From Crocinitomicaceae bacterium (GTDB lineage: Bacteria > Bacteroidota > Bacteroidia > Flavobacteriales_D > Crocinitomicaceae), in NCBI GenBank assembly GCA_036825545.1, contig DAISYB010000020.1:11-64010 (forward strand): a stretch of DNA of 64,000 bases, given 5' to 3'. This document shows, piece by piece, positions 22,820 through 32,343 of the stretch. Under the pieces are notes generated by a model that saw only the letters and a list, made by a program, of their open reading frames with translations, did not search any database and was not told the origin of the DNA. Numbering within the stretch: position 1 is the first letter of the stretch; each line of letters starts with the position of its first letter. A program made the translations under genes and the position numbers.

Positions 22820-25800
22820 ATGAACTTGGAAAGAAACAATATCAGTACAGAACTATCAGACTTTCTTGATACGTGTAAGCAATCCAGCGAAAAAGCAATT
22901 GGTGTACTGCAATCCCTCATCGATCAATTAGAGCATCCTGAGGAACAATCCAAAGGCATTCAACTGTTGAATGAACTTAAGCATTTTGCGAAAAGCATAA
23001 CGGCTGATGACATGCGTAATGAATTTCATTTTCACTTTTTGGAAATGGAAATTCCGGGAAACATGAATGACACAATTCGTCTTCAGTTGCTGCAATTACC
23101 AAGTACTTTCGCGCCGGAAGACTGGTCGTTCACCTTTTTCGAAGGATTATCGCGCTATACTTTTTCGGAGTTTCACGATAAACAAATGGTTGAGCTCGGG
23201 TGTGGAAATGGTTGGATCACAATCTCCATGGCCCTGAAATACAATTGCCGAAAGATTTTTGGTCTGGACATCAATCCAAGAGCGATTTTATCCTCCAAGA
23301 TCAATCTTTTCCTGAATGCATTTGACGATCAAGGTACACTTATCCGATTCTCAGATGGACGAAGTTTGTTGGAAGCAGTGGAATTTAAAGTATCTGATCT
23401 ACTCTCCTGTTTTTATACTTCACGAGAATCCGATTTCGATGTTATCATCGGTTGCATACCTCAAGTTCTTGCTCCTGACGAGGGTATCGATCAATCCATG
23501 ATCTCCGAAACCGCGAATGATGATTTTCTACATTCATTGAGCAATTACACGGCTGAACAAGGTTATGTTGAGGATAAATTCGGACTTGGATTGATCGCTC
23601 GTTCCGTTGAAGAAAGCATCGAAATGCTGAAACCGCAAGGGAAATTGATCTTAAATCTGGGTGAACGTCCACGCAGGGAGGTGCTTGAACGACTGGTGAA
23701 ACGAAGAGGACTGTTGATCAGCCGCATTTGGACGAGAAAAGTGGAACAAGCCAATGACACAGACATCGATTCACTTGTGCGATTGGAAAAAGAGATGAAT
23801 CATCATTTCGAGTTCTATACCGACCTTCATTCCGAAACACCAATCAATGCGCGAACAGCTAAATTATTTGCGACAAAAGGTGGACGGATCTATCATAATT
23901 TGTCCGTTTACGAGTGTAAGTTTGATTTTTACACGGAAACTCAGGTGCTTTTCGATGAGTTGAAAAATGAACTTTTTTCCGAAGCGAAAACTGGCCTAGA
24001 CCTTGATTATGCAGATAGCAACAAAAAGGAAGAAAAAATCCGATTTTTATCGGAACTCACTAAGGATTTACGCACTACACCATTTTTCCCTTATGAAGAT
24101 AACTTGGGAAGTCAATCCTTCAGAAACTACCTTTCAGATTTTCTTTCAGCCTATCAGCATGTCAATTTTTCAGAGGATCAAATTCTGGTAACTCCAAATT
24201 TGGCAACATTGATCGAAAATGTGCGTGACATATTCTGTCCAAAAGCGCTTTTCCTTTCAGAACCTTTATTCAACTTGTTTCCCGATTTGGCGGCCCATGA
24301 AGAAGTGATCTCGGTTCCTTCATGTTCAAAGGAGTTGAATTCGTTAATTGAAAAAATTCGACCGCAGATCGTTTTTGCCAGCATTCGTGACAACCATACT
24401 TTTTCAGGAGAGGCATTCTTGCGTATCGTTGAATCGTGTAAACGGGCAAATTCAAGACTTTTTCTCGATCTTTCTGAATGTTTCGAGTTGTCGAGTTCTC
24501 CTCAGTCGATAGGTGTTTTCCAATATTTAGCAGAGAATGACTTGCCTCTGCACGTTACTTTAGTTGGTGAATTATCGAAGAATCAGATCTATTCAGACCT
24601 GAGTACCTGTTTCGCAATCAGTACAAACAAAACGCTAGTGTACAATCTGAGAAATGCAGCAGAATTCTCGTACAGTCGTTCTCCGTATTTGGCTCAGTTG
24701 TTTTACTCTATACTTTTGAAAGACCTGACCGGGTTCCATATGAAAAATGTGAAGAATACAGAGTCCATCCAACTGCTTCAGGAAGAGAACGAGCAAATGC
24801 GTTCGATCTTTATCACTCCCACAACGACTGTCAATGCTTCTTTCCAACACTCTTCTATAAAGGGTAATGAATTAGCGGTAAATGCATCAACAGTGCGATT
24901 CGATTACGGAGAGAATGAATTAAATTGTCCTGACGATCTCAAAATTTCCATTCTGGAAAGCTTTACCCGTCAGTCACTAGAGCAAGACGATTACGATCCC
25001 AAATTGCTAATCAAACGTTTTGTAACAGAGCGCTTTGGTTTAAAATACGGTGATTATTTGTATTATGGCAATGGCGTTGCACCTTTATTTGCCGCAATCG
25101 CCAAAAAGATCAAGGAAGAAAACGGAACATTGCTTATTCCGCGAGGTGCATACGGCTATTTCTATGGAACTGCACAGTTTCATGGCGTAAAAATTCGTGT
25201 AATACCGACTGATGTAGCACAATCGTTTATTCCAAGTCCAAGCGCAGTAAAAGAAGCTCTAAATGACATAGAAAATCCTTGGATTTTCCTCAATTTTCCA
25301 TTGGTAAATCCAACCGGTGCCTGTTGGAGCAATGAGCAACTGGAATCTATTTTAACCTTGGATGAAATCAGAAATAGCCGATTGATCATTGATACGGTTT
25401 TTTCCGGACTTGAATTCAAGGGACCAGGTTCTTTTCCTATTTTGACAGAAAAAGAAGTTGAATTGAATTACATTTTGTTGGGTGGGATCTCCAAAGAATA
25501 TTCTGCAGGTGGAATCCGTTTTGGATATGCACTATCAAATTTTTGTTCCGATTTGGGTAATCGAATCAATTATAAGCCACACCGAACAGTCTTATACGCC
25601 GTTAAGAAAATATACAGTAAGTACCTGGATCGCGACCTTCGTGTACTGCATTCTTTAAATGAACAAACAAGTCTATTGAGTGAACGGGCGAAATTGCTCG
25701 GTGATGTCCTTCAACAAAACGGCTGGACTGTTCTGCCACCAGAAGGAGGATTATTTCTCGTGGCTAAACCAGACTCATTGCTTGGTAAAACTTGTAAATT

Positions 25801-25990
25801 AAGTAATGGTGAAGAATTAACAGTTGATGCAACGTCAATAGGCAGGATCATGCACGACAAGGTCAATTTCCTGATCAACAATGATCGATGGACTGGAATC
25901 CCCGGTTATTGTCGTTTTGTCCTTAGTGTACAAGAAAAAACATTTAACGAAGGTTTACAACGAATTAAACAATTTCACACTGAAATCTAA
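22820..25990 (+). CDS. Plant-type methionine S-methyltransferase-like protein (N-terminal SAM methyltransferase plus C-terminal class I/II aminotransferase-like domain)
   Basis: 1056 aa. Matching blocks are EDWSFTFFEGL, VELGCGNGW (23192-23215), GLDINPRA, IIGCIPQVL (GCIPQ at 23450-23464), FLHSLSNY, FGLGLIARSVEE, DTDIDSLV, and the C-terminal WTGIPGYCRF. These agree with my recollection of plant MMT (EC 2.1.1.12) along the whole length. Confidence 0.7.
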   Translation: MNLERNNISTELSDFLDTCKQSSEKAIGVLQSLIDQLEHPEEQSKGIQLLNELKHFAKSITADDMRNEFHFHFLEMEIPGNMNDTIRLQLLQLPSTFAPEDWSFTFFEGLSRYTFSEFHDKQMVELGCGNGWITISMALKYNCRKIFGLDINPRAILSSKINLFLNAFDDQGTLIRFSDGRSLLEAVEFKVSDLLSCFYTSRESDFDVIIGCIPQVLAPDEGIDQSMISETANDDFLHSLSNYTAEQGYVEDKFGLGLIARSVEESIEMLKPQGKLILNLGERPRREVLERLVKRRGLLISRIWTRKVEQANDTDIDSLVRLEKEMNHHFEFYTDLHSETPINARTAKLFATKGGRIYHNLSVYECKFDFYTETQVLFDELKNELFSEAKTGLDLDYADSNKKEEKIRFLSELTKDLRTTPFFPYEDNLGSQSFRNYLSDFLSAYQHVNFSEDQILVTPNLATLIENVRDIFCPKALFLSEPLFNLFPDLAAHEEVISVPSCSKELNSLIEKIRPQIVFASIRDNHTFSGEAFLRIVESCKRANSRLFLDLSECFELSSSPQSIGVFQYLAENDLPLHVTLVGELSKNQIYSDLSTCFAISTNKTLVYNLRNAAEFSYSRSPYLAQLFYSILLKDLTGFHMKNVKNTESIQLLQEENEQMRSIFITPTTTVNASFQHSSIKGNELAVNASTVRFDYGENELNCPDDLKISILESFTRQSLEQDDYDPKLLIKRFVTERFGLKYGDYLYYGNGVAPLFAAIAKKIKEENGTLLIPRGAYGYFYGTAQFHGVKIRVIPTDVAQSFIPSPSAVKEALNDIENPWIFLNFPLVNPTGACWSNEQLESILTLDEIRNSRLIIDTVFSGLEFKGPGSFPILTEKEVELNYILLGGISKEYSAGGIRFGYALSNFCSDLGNRINYKPHRTVLYAVKKIYSKYLDRDLRVLHSLNEQTSLLSERAKLLGDVLQQNGWTVLPPEGGLFLVAKPDSLLGKTCKLSNGEELTVDATSIGRIMHDKVNFLINNDRWTGIPGYCRFVLSVQEKTFNEGLQRIKQFHTEI

Positions 25991-25995
25991 GCAAC

Positions 25996-26553
25996 ATGAA
26001 AGTAGTAGTTTTTTCAATTTTATCCTTATTTGGTGTAGTTCTATTATCCTGTAAAACAAGCAGAGACAATGCATCACTCACTGATCAAGAGATCATTCAA
26101 TTGGGAGATTCATTGAGTAGAATAGCACAACAAACCTTACTACAAAATGTAGGCGAAGCAATAAAAAATGGCGGAACTGCTCATGCGGTTGATTTCTGTA
26201 ATATTCATGTCAGCTCTATGATGGATTCATTATCCAAAGAATACAACGTGCGAATTGAACGTATAGCCAGAAAAAACAGGAATCCCAATAATGCTCTGAC
26301 GATGGAGGAATCGCGTTTATTACGACCTCTCGAAAAAGGATTCAAAAACGACACCTTGATCAATATGGGAGACAAACGCATTTACTACAAAGCCATACGA
26401 ATTGAAATGCCTGCTTGCTTGCAATGTCATGGCACTAAAGAAGATATTTCGCCGGAAACATTAAGCATTATCCGAAAGAAATATCCTACAGATCGAGCAA
26501 CAGGATTTAAAATGGGGGATTACCGTGCAACCTGGAAGTTGGTGTTTGAATAA
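25996..26553 (+). CDS. Secreted/lipoprotein DUF3365 (Tll0287-like) domain protein with a c-type heme motif
   Basis: The signal peptide with lipobox is VLLSC, and there is a single CLQCH heme-binding motif. The gene starts 6 nt after the MMT-like gene. Confidence 0.55.
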   Translation: MKVVVFSILSLFGVVLLSCKTSRDNASLTDQEIIQLGDSLSRIAQQTLLQNVGEAIKNGGTAHAVDFCNIHVSSMMDSLSKEYNVRIERIARKNRNPNNALTMEESRLLRPLEKGFKNDTLINMGDKRIYYKAIRIEMPACLQCHGTKEDISPETLSIIRKKYPTDRATGFKMGDYRATWKLVFE

Positions 26554-27693
26554 TCAAATCAATCCAAGCGCAATTTTCATACGGATTACCTTTTTTGCCG
26601 CAGCATCGACTTTCTTTTTGAATTCTGCATCTGTGCGGTAACGGGCAAGAATCTGTTTATGAGCACGTTCGGCATCAACAGGCATCAACACGATATCGCA
26701 ACCGGCATTTACTGCTTTCACCTCGCATTGAGGAACAGAAACAACACCTCCCATATTCATAGCATCTGTTACGATCAATCCTTTAAAGCCCATCTCCTCT
26801 TTCAATAATTTTGTCACAATCGTTTCCGAAGTTGTTGCCGGTAAACCTTTCGTGTCATATTTTGGATTGTTCTTTACAGCAATATGAGCTACCATGATCG
26901 ATAGAACCCCATTCTCAATCAATTGCGGATAATTTCCAATCTCTTTCAATTCACCATCGATCATTTGAAGTGCTTTGTGCGTATCTCCCGAAACCAAACC
27001 ATGCCCCGGGAAGTGTTTCGCTGTAGCAATGATGTTGTGCGATTGAGTTTGCTGAATAAATGCATCTGACCAAGGAATAATGTTAGCAGGCACCGCGCCG
27101 AAACTTCTAAAACCGACTGTTTTATTTGGAGACATATCGACTACCGGCGAAAAATTGTAATTGATTCCGATCTCGTTTAAATCCTTCGAGATCACATCGG
27201 CAACCGTTCTAACCTCCTCGATGGTTGTCAGTTCATTAGCTTTCTTTACCGGTGTTGAGCCCGTGATCTTTCTATTCACCAAACTTGGTTCCGCATCTGC
27301 TGAATACAAAAACGGCAAATTGCCGATCGAATCGTTCATAGCTTCAAAGGATTTAATCCAATTAGTGAATTCTTCTTTCGTTCCATTGAGCATTAATACA
27401 CCACCAATAATTCGTTTGTTAATGTGTGAGCGGATTGTCGCTTCTGTTTGACCTAATCGGCCTACCGCCGGCATTATCAATTGGGCAACAATTGCCGTAT
27501 CATCCAGTGCAGCAAAGATTCTTTCTACATCCTTATCCAATTGAGGATCCTCTTTCAAAAAGTCAGAAATCTGGTATGTTTTCTTCACTTCTTCCTGTGC
27601 AATTTTCACCGGATTCTTAGATACCTCAGGCTCTGATTGCGCGCAGCTATTAAAAAGTATCAACACGAGAATTGGTAGGATGATCTGCTTCAT
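26554..27693 (-). CDS. Glycoside hydrolase family 3 (beta-N-acetylhexosaminidase-like) lipoprotein
   Basis: KHFPGHG and GLIVTDAMNMGG. The lipobox is LFNSC. Confidence 0.8.
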   Translation of the reverse strand: MKQIILPILVLILFNSCAQSEPEVSKNPVKIAQEEVKKTYQISDFLKEDPQLDKDVERIFAALDDTAIVAQLIMPAVGRLGQTEATIRSHINKRIIGGVLMLNGTKEEFTNWIKSFEAMNDSIGNLPFLYSADAEPSLVNRKITGSTPVKKANELTTIEEVRTVADVISKDLNEIGINYNFSPVVDMSPNKTVGFRSFGAVPANIIPWSDAFIQQTQSHNIIATAKHFPGHGLVSGDTHKALQMIDGELKEIGNYPQLIENGVLSIMVAHIAVKNNPKYDTKGLPATTSETIVTKLLKEEMGFKGLIVTDAMNMGGVVSVPQCEVKAVNAGCDIVLMPVDAERAHKQILARYRTDAEFKKKVDAAAKKVIRMKIALGLI

Positions 27694-28706
27694 TTCTTAA
27701 CTATTTTATCAATATAGGATCCAAAATTAAGGTGTTCCATCATACCGGATCCACGGTAACGCATTGTTTTATGCACACGGTCTTTGTCAATAACCATTCC
27801 ATATCCCATCAGCGGTTTCCTCAGTTTTTGATTGGTCATTTTCGACAACACACCGAATCTTAGATCATAAAAAATCAGCGTATCACCATTTCGTTCCGTA
27901 GTATAGTATCCGTTTGAGATGAATTTAAGAGCAGCAGTGTAATCCTTATCCGGCCATTTTATACGATTCAAGTCCTTTCTTTTCTTGGTGATTGTATCGA
28001 TATCGCTCGAATCAAACTCATAGAAAAGTGATTTATAAGCTACATAATAATTCCTATCATCTTCTGAGAGCATCATCCAATAAAAACTCGTCAAGGGCAT
28101 CGGCGTCACCATGTGATTTCTGGATTCGATCCCTGCTTTTTCAAAATAAGATGGTGAAGCACTCAAAATAGTCAATTTCACCACAACACCCCAAAGTAAG
28201 TAAAGCGATGAAAAGATCAGTCCCGCATTGTTCCATTTCCTTCGCAAGGGATTTTCTCGTTTCATGAATAAGGCTACCAGCAAACAGATCATGAATGGAA
28301 CGGTGTACAAAGGATCAATAACGAAAACGGTATTGAAGGTAATTCGGAAATCAAATGGCCACAAAAACTGTGTTCCATAGTTAGTAAACATATCCAACAT
28401 CGGATGCGTCACGATTGCCAGAAACCACAACCACATCCATGTTTTTAATTCATACCGTTGTCTGTACAATTTATGAAACAACCAACCAAGAGCTGGTCCC
28501 ATGAGCAGTGCAAATACCAATGAATGTGAAAATCCACGGTGAACAAGTGCGGCTTCAACCGGATGATAGAGATTTCCAACGAACACATCCAGGTCAGGAA
28601 TCGTTCCGGCAATTGCTCCCCAAAACGCTGCTTTTCCGCCCATTTTTCTTCCTGCAACAGCCTCGGCAACTGCTGCTCCAAGTACGATTTGAGTGAGTGA
28701 ATCCAT
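27690..28706 (-). CDS. YdjM-family membrane-bound metal-dependent hydrolase
   Basis: MDSLTQIVLGAAV..IPDLDV..HRGFSHS is typical of the DUF457/YdjM family. Confidence 0.65.
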   Translation of the reverse strand: MDSLTQIVLGAAVAEAVAGRKMGGKAAFWGAIAGTIPDLDVFVGNLYHPVEAALVHRGFSHSLVFALLMGPALGWLFHKLYRQRYELKTWMWLWFLAIVTHPMLDMFTNYGTQFLWPFDFRITFNTVFVIDPLYTVPFMICLLVALFMKRENPLRRKWNNAGLIFSSLYLLWGVVVKLTILSASPSYFEKAGIESRNHMVTPMPLTSFYWMMLSEDDRNYYVAYKSLFYEFDSSDIDTITKKRKDLNRIKWPDKDYTAALKFISNGYYTTERNGDTLIFYDLRFGVLSKMTNQKLRKPLMGYGMVIDKDRVHKTMRYRGSGMMEHLNFGSYIDKIVKK

Positions 28707-28835
28707 GTTGAGAATGATGAATTTTGAATTAGGAATGATGAATTTGGGCTTGTGGGCTAAAATTAAAAATATCTGATGAGTTTAACAGAACTTGATCTTA
28801 ATTGTTCTTGTTGCATAGGAATGTGATCAAGTGAT

Positions 28836-28843
28836 TATATTTG
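28836..28843 (+). promoter_or_regulatory. Candidate -7 box TATATTTG
   Basis: TAnnTTTG match 16 nt upstream of the ATG at 28860. Confidence 0.4.
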
Positions 28844-28859
28844 TCAAAAAATAAAAAAC

Positions 28860-29750
28860 ATGAAAAACGTTGCAGTTATTGGTGCAGGAACAATGGGAAA
28901 TGGTATTGCCCATGTATTTGCTCAAACGGGATACAAAGTAAACTTGATTGATATTTCACAGGCTTCTCTTGACAAAGGATTGGCGACAATCTCCAAGAAT
29001 CTGGATCGTCAAGTTGCCAAAGAAGTGATCTCTGAAACACAGAAAGCTGAAACACTGGCTAATATCACAACTTATACTTCGATGGAAGAAGGTGTAAAAG
29101 GAGTTGGATTGGTGGTGGAAGCGGCTACTGAGAACATTGATCTAAAACTAAAGATCTTCGCAGATTTGGATAAAATGACTACACCGGAAGTAATTCTGGC
29201 TTCCAACACCTCGTCAATCTCAATTACAAGGATCGCATCTGTGACTTCACGACCGGAAAAAGTGATCGGAATGCATTTCATGAATCCGGTGCCGGTTATG
29301 AAGCTTGTGGAAATCATCCGTGGATATTCAACGACAGATGAAGTGACGAAATTGATTATGGATATGTCGCGTGAATTGGGTAAAGTTCCGGTTGAAGTGA
29401 ATGATTATCCTGGTTTCGTAGCTAATCGTATTCTCATGCCAATGATCAACGAAGCGATCTACACCCTTTTCGAAGGAGTTGCAGGAGTTGAAGAAATTGA
29501 TACGGTGATGAAATTAGGAATGGCTCACCCAATGGGTCCACTTCAATTAGCTGATTTCATTGGATTAGACGTTTGTTTGGCAATCCTAGAGGTACTTCAC
29601 GATGGTTTTGGCAACCCGAAATATGCGCCATGCCCACTTTTGGTAAACATGGTTACTGCAGGTAAGAAAGGTGTTAAAACCGGCGAAGGATTCTATTCTT
29701 GGACGCACGGAACAAAGGATTTGATTGTTGCGGATAATTTTAAGAAATAA
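28860..29750 (+). CDS. hbd: 3-hydroxybutyryl-CoA / 3-hydroxyacyl-CoA dehydrogenase
   Basis: VAVIGAGTMGNGIA, SNTSS, HFMNPVP, and GFVANR. Confidence 0.85.
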   Translation: MKNVAVIGAGTMGNGIAHVFAQTGYKVNLIDISQASLDKGLATISKNLDRQVAKEVISETQKAETLANITTYTSMEEGVKGVGLVVEAATENIDLKLKIFADLDKMTTPEVILASNTSSISITRIASVTSRPEKVIGMHFMNPVPVMKLVEIIRGYSTTDEVTKLIMDMSRELGKVPVEVNDYPGFVANRILMPMINEAIYTLFEGVAGVEEIDTVMKLGMAHPMGPLQLADFIGLDVCLAILEVLHDGFGNPKYAPCPLLVNMVTAGKKGVKTGEGFYSWTHGTKDLIVADNFKK

Positions 29751-29767
29751 TTTTCAATAAAAATAAA

Positions 29768-29795
29768 AGGCTTCCAAATTGGAAGCCTCTTTTAT
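29768..29795. terminator. Bidirectional intrinsic terminator hairpin between convergent genes
   Basis: aggcttcca (29768-29776) pairs with tggaagcct (29780-29788). A-rich sequence lies on the left and T-rich on the right. Confidence 0.6.
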
Positions 29796-29812
29796 TCTCT
29801 CATTATTTCTCT

Positions 29813-30658
29813 TTAAGGAAACTTTGGAAACTTACTAAAATCCCTTTTTCGCTTTTCCAAGAACGCATTGCGACCCTCTACAGCTTCTTCGGTCATGTAA
29901 ATCAAGCGTGTCGCCTCTCCCGCATATACTTGTTGTCCAACCAAACCATCGTCAATCAAGTTGAATGCAAATTTGGCCATTTTCACTGCTGTTGGACTCT
30001 TAGTGAGTATTTCCTGGGCCCAATCAAAAGCGAATTGCTCGAGTTCATCGTGTGGAACTACAGCGTTAACCATTCCCATGTCAAATGCTTCTTGTGCGGA
30101 ATAAGACTTTCCTAAAAAGAATATCTCACGTGCACGTTTTTGTCCAACCTGACGAGCCAAATAAGCGGAACCAAATCCACCATCGACACTGGCTACATCG
30201 ACATCTGTTTGCTTGAAAACCGCATGTTCCTTGCTGGCAATTGTCATATCACAAACAACATGTAAACTGTGTCCACCTCCTACTGCCCAACCAGGTACCA
30301 CTGCAATCACCACTTTATTCATAAAGCGGATCTGACGTTGCACATCTAAAATATTGAAGCGATTTACACCATCTTCACCTTTATATCCGGTAGTTGAACG
30401 CACACGTTGGTCTCCACCTGAACAAAATGCCCAACCACCATCTTTTGGAGAAGGACCTTCACCGGAAATCAAAACGACGCCTATTTCTTGACTTTCATGC
30501 GCATGGATCAGTGCTTCCAGTAGTTCAGAAACTGTCTTCGGACGAAATGCGTTCCTCACTTCAGGACGATTAAAAGCAATACGCGCTACTCCATCACAGT
30601 ACTTATAGGTAATATCTTCAAAAGTTTTGATTGTTGTCCAATTCATACTATTCTTCAT
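29813..30658 (-). CDS. menB: 1,4-dihydroxy-2-naphthoyl-CoA synthase
   Basis: Crotonase fold with ARIAFNRPEVRNAF, FCSGGDQ, and GWAVGGG. Confidence 0.9.
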   Translation of the reverse strand: MKNSMNWTTIKTFEDITYKYCDGVARIAFNRPEVRNAFRPKTVSELLEALIHAHESQEIGVVLISGEGPSPKDGGWAFCSGGDQRVRSTTGYKGEDGVNRFNILDVQRQIRFMNKVVIAVVPGWAVGGGHSLHVVCDMTIASKEHAVFKQTDVDVASVDGGFGSAYLARQVGQKRAREIFFLGKSYSAQEAFDMGMVNAVVPHDELEQFAFDWAQEILTKSPTAVKMAKFAFNLIDDGLVGQQVYAGEATRLIYMTEEAVEGRNAFLEKRKRDFSKFPKFP

Positions 30659-30671
30659 AAATTCATAATTT

Positions 30672-31400
30672 TCAGGCTAATCCACCATTAATTCCAATTG
30701 TTTGACCATTCACATAAGCCGCATCCTCACTGAACAAATAAGCGATCATGACCGCAAGTCCTTTTGCCTCACCTAAAGTTTTCGCAGGAATTGTTTCTTT
30801 CAACTGTTCGATCATTTTCTCCGGTACCTGTTCAATCATTCCTTTGTCGAGGTATCCGGGAGCAATGCAGTTTACGGTAATCCCATGTTTTGCCCAATCA
30901 GCAGACTGAGCTCGCGCCAATCCCATAAGTCCTGCTTTTGAAGCCGCGTAAGCCGCAGTTCCTCCCACTGGAATCTTGCCAACAACCGAAGAAATGTGAA
31001 CTATTCGTCCAAATCCATTTTCGATCATTTGTTTAGCCAAAAGCTTCGATAAAAGAAATGGTATGGTGAGATTCAGGTTAATCACTGCATTCCAATCGGA
31101 AGCAGCCAGTTTGTGAGATGAAGCAGAACGATTGATCCCTGCGTTGTTTACCAGATAGCTGATTTTTCCCATTTCGGTTTCAATTCGCTCAAGTAACTTC
31201 ATACAAGACAATTCATCTTCCAAAGCGGATTCAAACACCGCACAATTTGTCCAATTCTTATCGGCGATGTGCTTTTTCAGTTCCTCCGCTCTTGAATCTG
31301 CTTGTAATGCAAGCGTATATCCTTTTTCAAGCAAAACAGGAATCATTTCTTTTCCTAATCCTCCTGAAGCACCTGTTATCAATACGATCTTTTCCTTCAT
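30672..31400 (-). CDS. SDR-family oxidoreductase (FabG-like)
   Basis: ITGASGGLGKE, NNAG, and YAASKAG. Confidence 0.8.
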   Translation of the reverse strand: MKEKIVLITGASGGLGKEMIPVLLEKGYTLALQADSRAEELKKHIADKNWTNCAVFESALEDELSCMKLLERIETEMGKISYLVNNAGINRSASSHKLAASDWNAVINLNLTIPFLLSKLLAKQMIENGFGRIVHISSVVGKIPVGGTAAYAASKAGLMGLARAQSADWAKHGITVNCIAPGYLDKGMIEQVPEKMIEQLKETIPAKTLGEAKGLAVMIAYLFSEDAAYVNGQTIGINGGLA

Positions 31401-31401
31401 C

Positions 31402-32334
31402 TTATTGCGCTATTTCTTCACCGTGAGGCGTGTACATCGTCACACCCCGTTCGTTGTATTCGTTCTTCATTACGACTAACATCTGAGCAGCATCAAAACA
31501 CATGGTTTTCGCTTTTCCAATTTGTCCGAACTGTACAACTCCCTGCTCTACAAACATAGGTATAAGTTGATCACACTTGCGTTTAGCAGAAAAAACAGGA
31601 TTATGTACTTTAATTCTTACTTTATGTATTTCACCGCTTTCATCACGAATCTGCATGATAAAATGCTCATGATGATAGACCGGAAACTTAAAATCAGTTA
31701 CTGCATCTTCAAGTAAATGTAAACTTGTTCCTGCATTATCAAGTGTCACCCCAATGTAAAGGATCTTCCCATTCACTTCTGTCAGTCGCGCAAATGGCGA
31801 ATTCAACGTATATGGCGTCTCTTCACCAAAATGACCTTCAACAAACCAATCAGCCCGAGGTCCCAAAGCACAAACAGGCTCTGTTGGACTCAAGCTTCTT
31901 TTTACCCCTTCCATTTTTCGAAAGGCTTCAGATACGGCCCCAAGAGCTGAAGGCGATTGATTAACATCGAAAAAATTCTGATTGCGCACATATTCTAATT
32001 GAAGTGACGGATTCGGAGAACTAGGCATCAAAATGTTTCCATTTATGCCAACAACTTCTTTCAATGCATCAATTAGAGTGCGAGGACCATTTTCCATGTA
32101 ACCGATCCTGCTCATACTGCAGTGCACAAGTACTGAATCTCCTTGTTGAATACCTAAGTTTTTGAGATCGTCGATCAAACGATCTTTTCTCACCACATCC
32201 CCTGATTTTGCGGAATTTTGCAATTCAATTCGCACTTTTTTCTTTTTGTACTGGCGGTATTTTTCCAGTAAGAAAAGTGGGATGATATTACGAAGTGTTC
32301 CTTTAAAATCCATTACAAGGCTTAAAATTAACAC
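31402..32334 (-). CDS. AAC(3)-family aminoglycoside N3-acetyltransferase-like protein
   Basis: GDSVLVHCSMSRIGY, and TSLHLLE, resemble Antibiotic_NAT (AAC(3)) family blocks. There is an N-terminal extension of about 50 aa. Confidence 0.6.
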   Translation of the reverse strand: MLILSLVMDFKGTLRNIIPLFLLEKYRQYKKKKVRIELQNSAKSGDVVRKDRLIDDLKNLGIQQGDSVLVHCSMSRIGYMENGPRTLIDALKEVVGINGNILMPSSPNPSLQLEYVRNQNFFDVNQSPSALGAVSEAFRKMEGVKRSLSPTEPVCALGPRADWFVEGHFGEETPYTLNSPFARLTEVNGKILYIGVTLDNAGTSLHLLEDAVTDFKFPVYHHEHFIMQIRDESGEIHKVRIKVHNPVFSAKRKCDQLIPMFVEQGVVQFGQIGKAKTMCFDAAQMLVVMKNEYNERGVTMYTPHGEEIAQ

Positions 32335-32343
32335 AGATCATCC

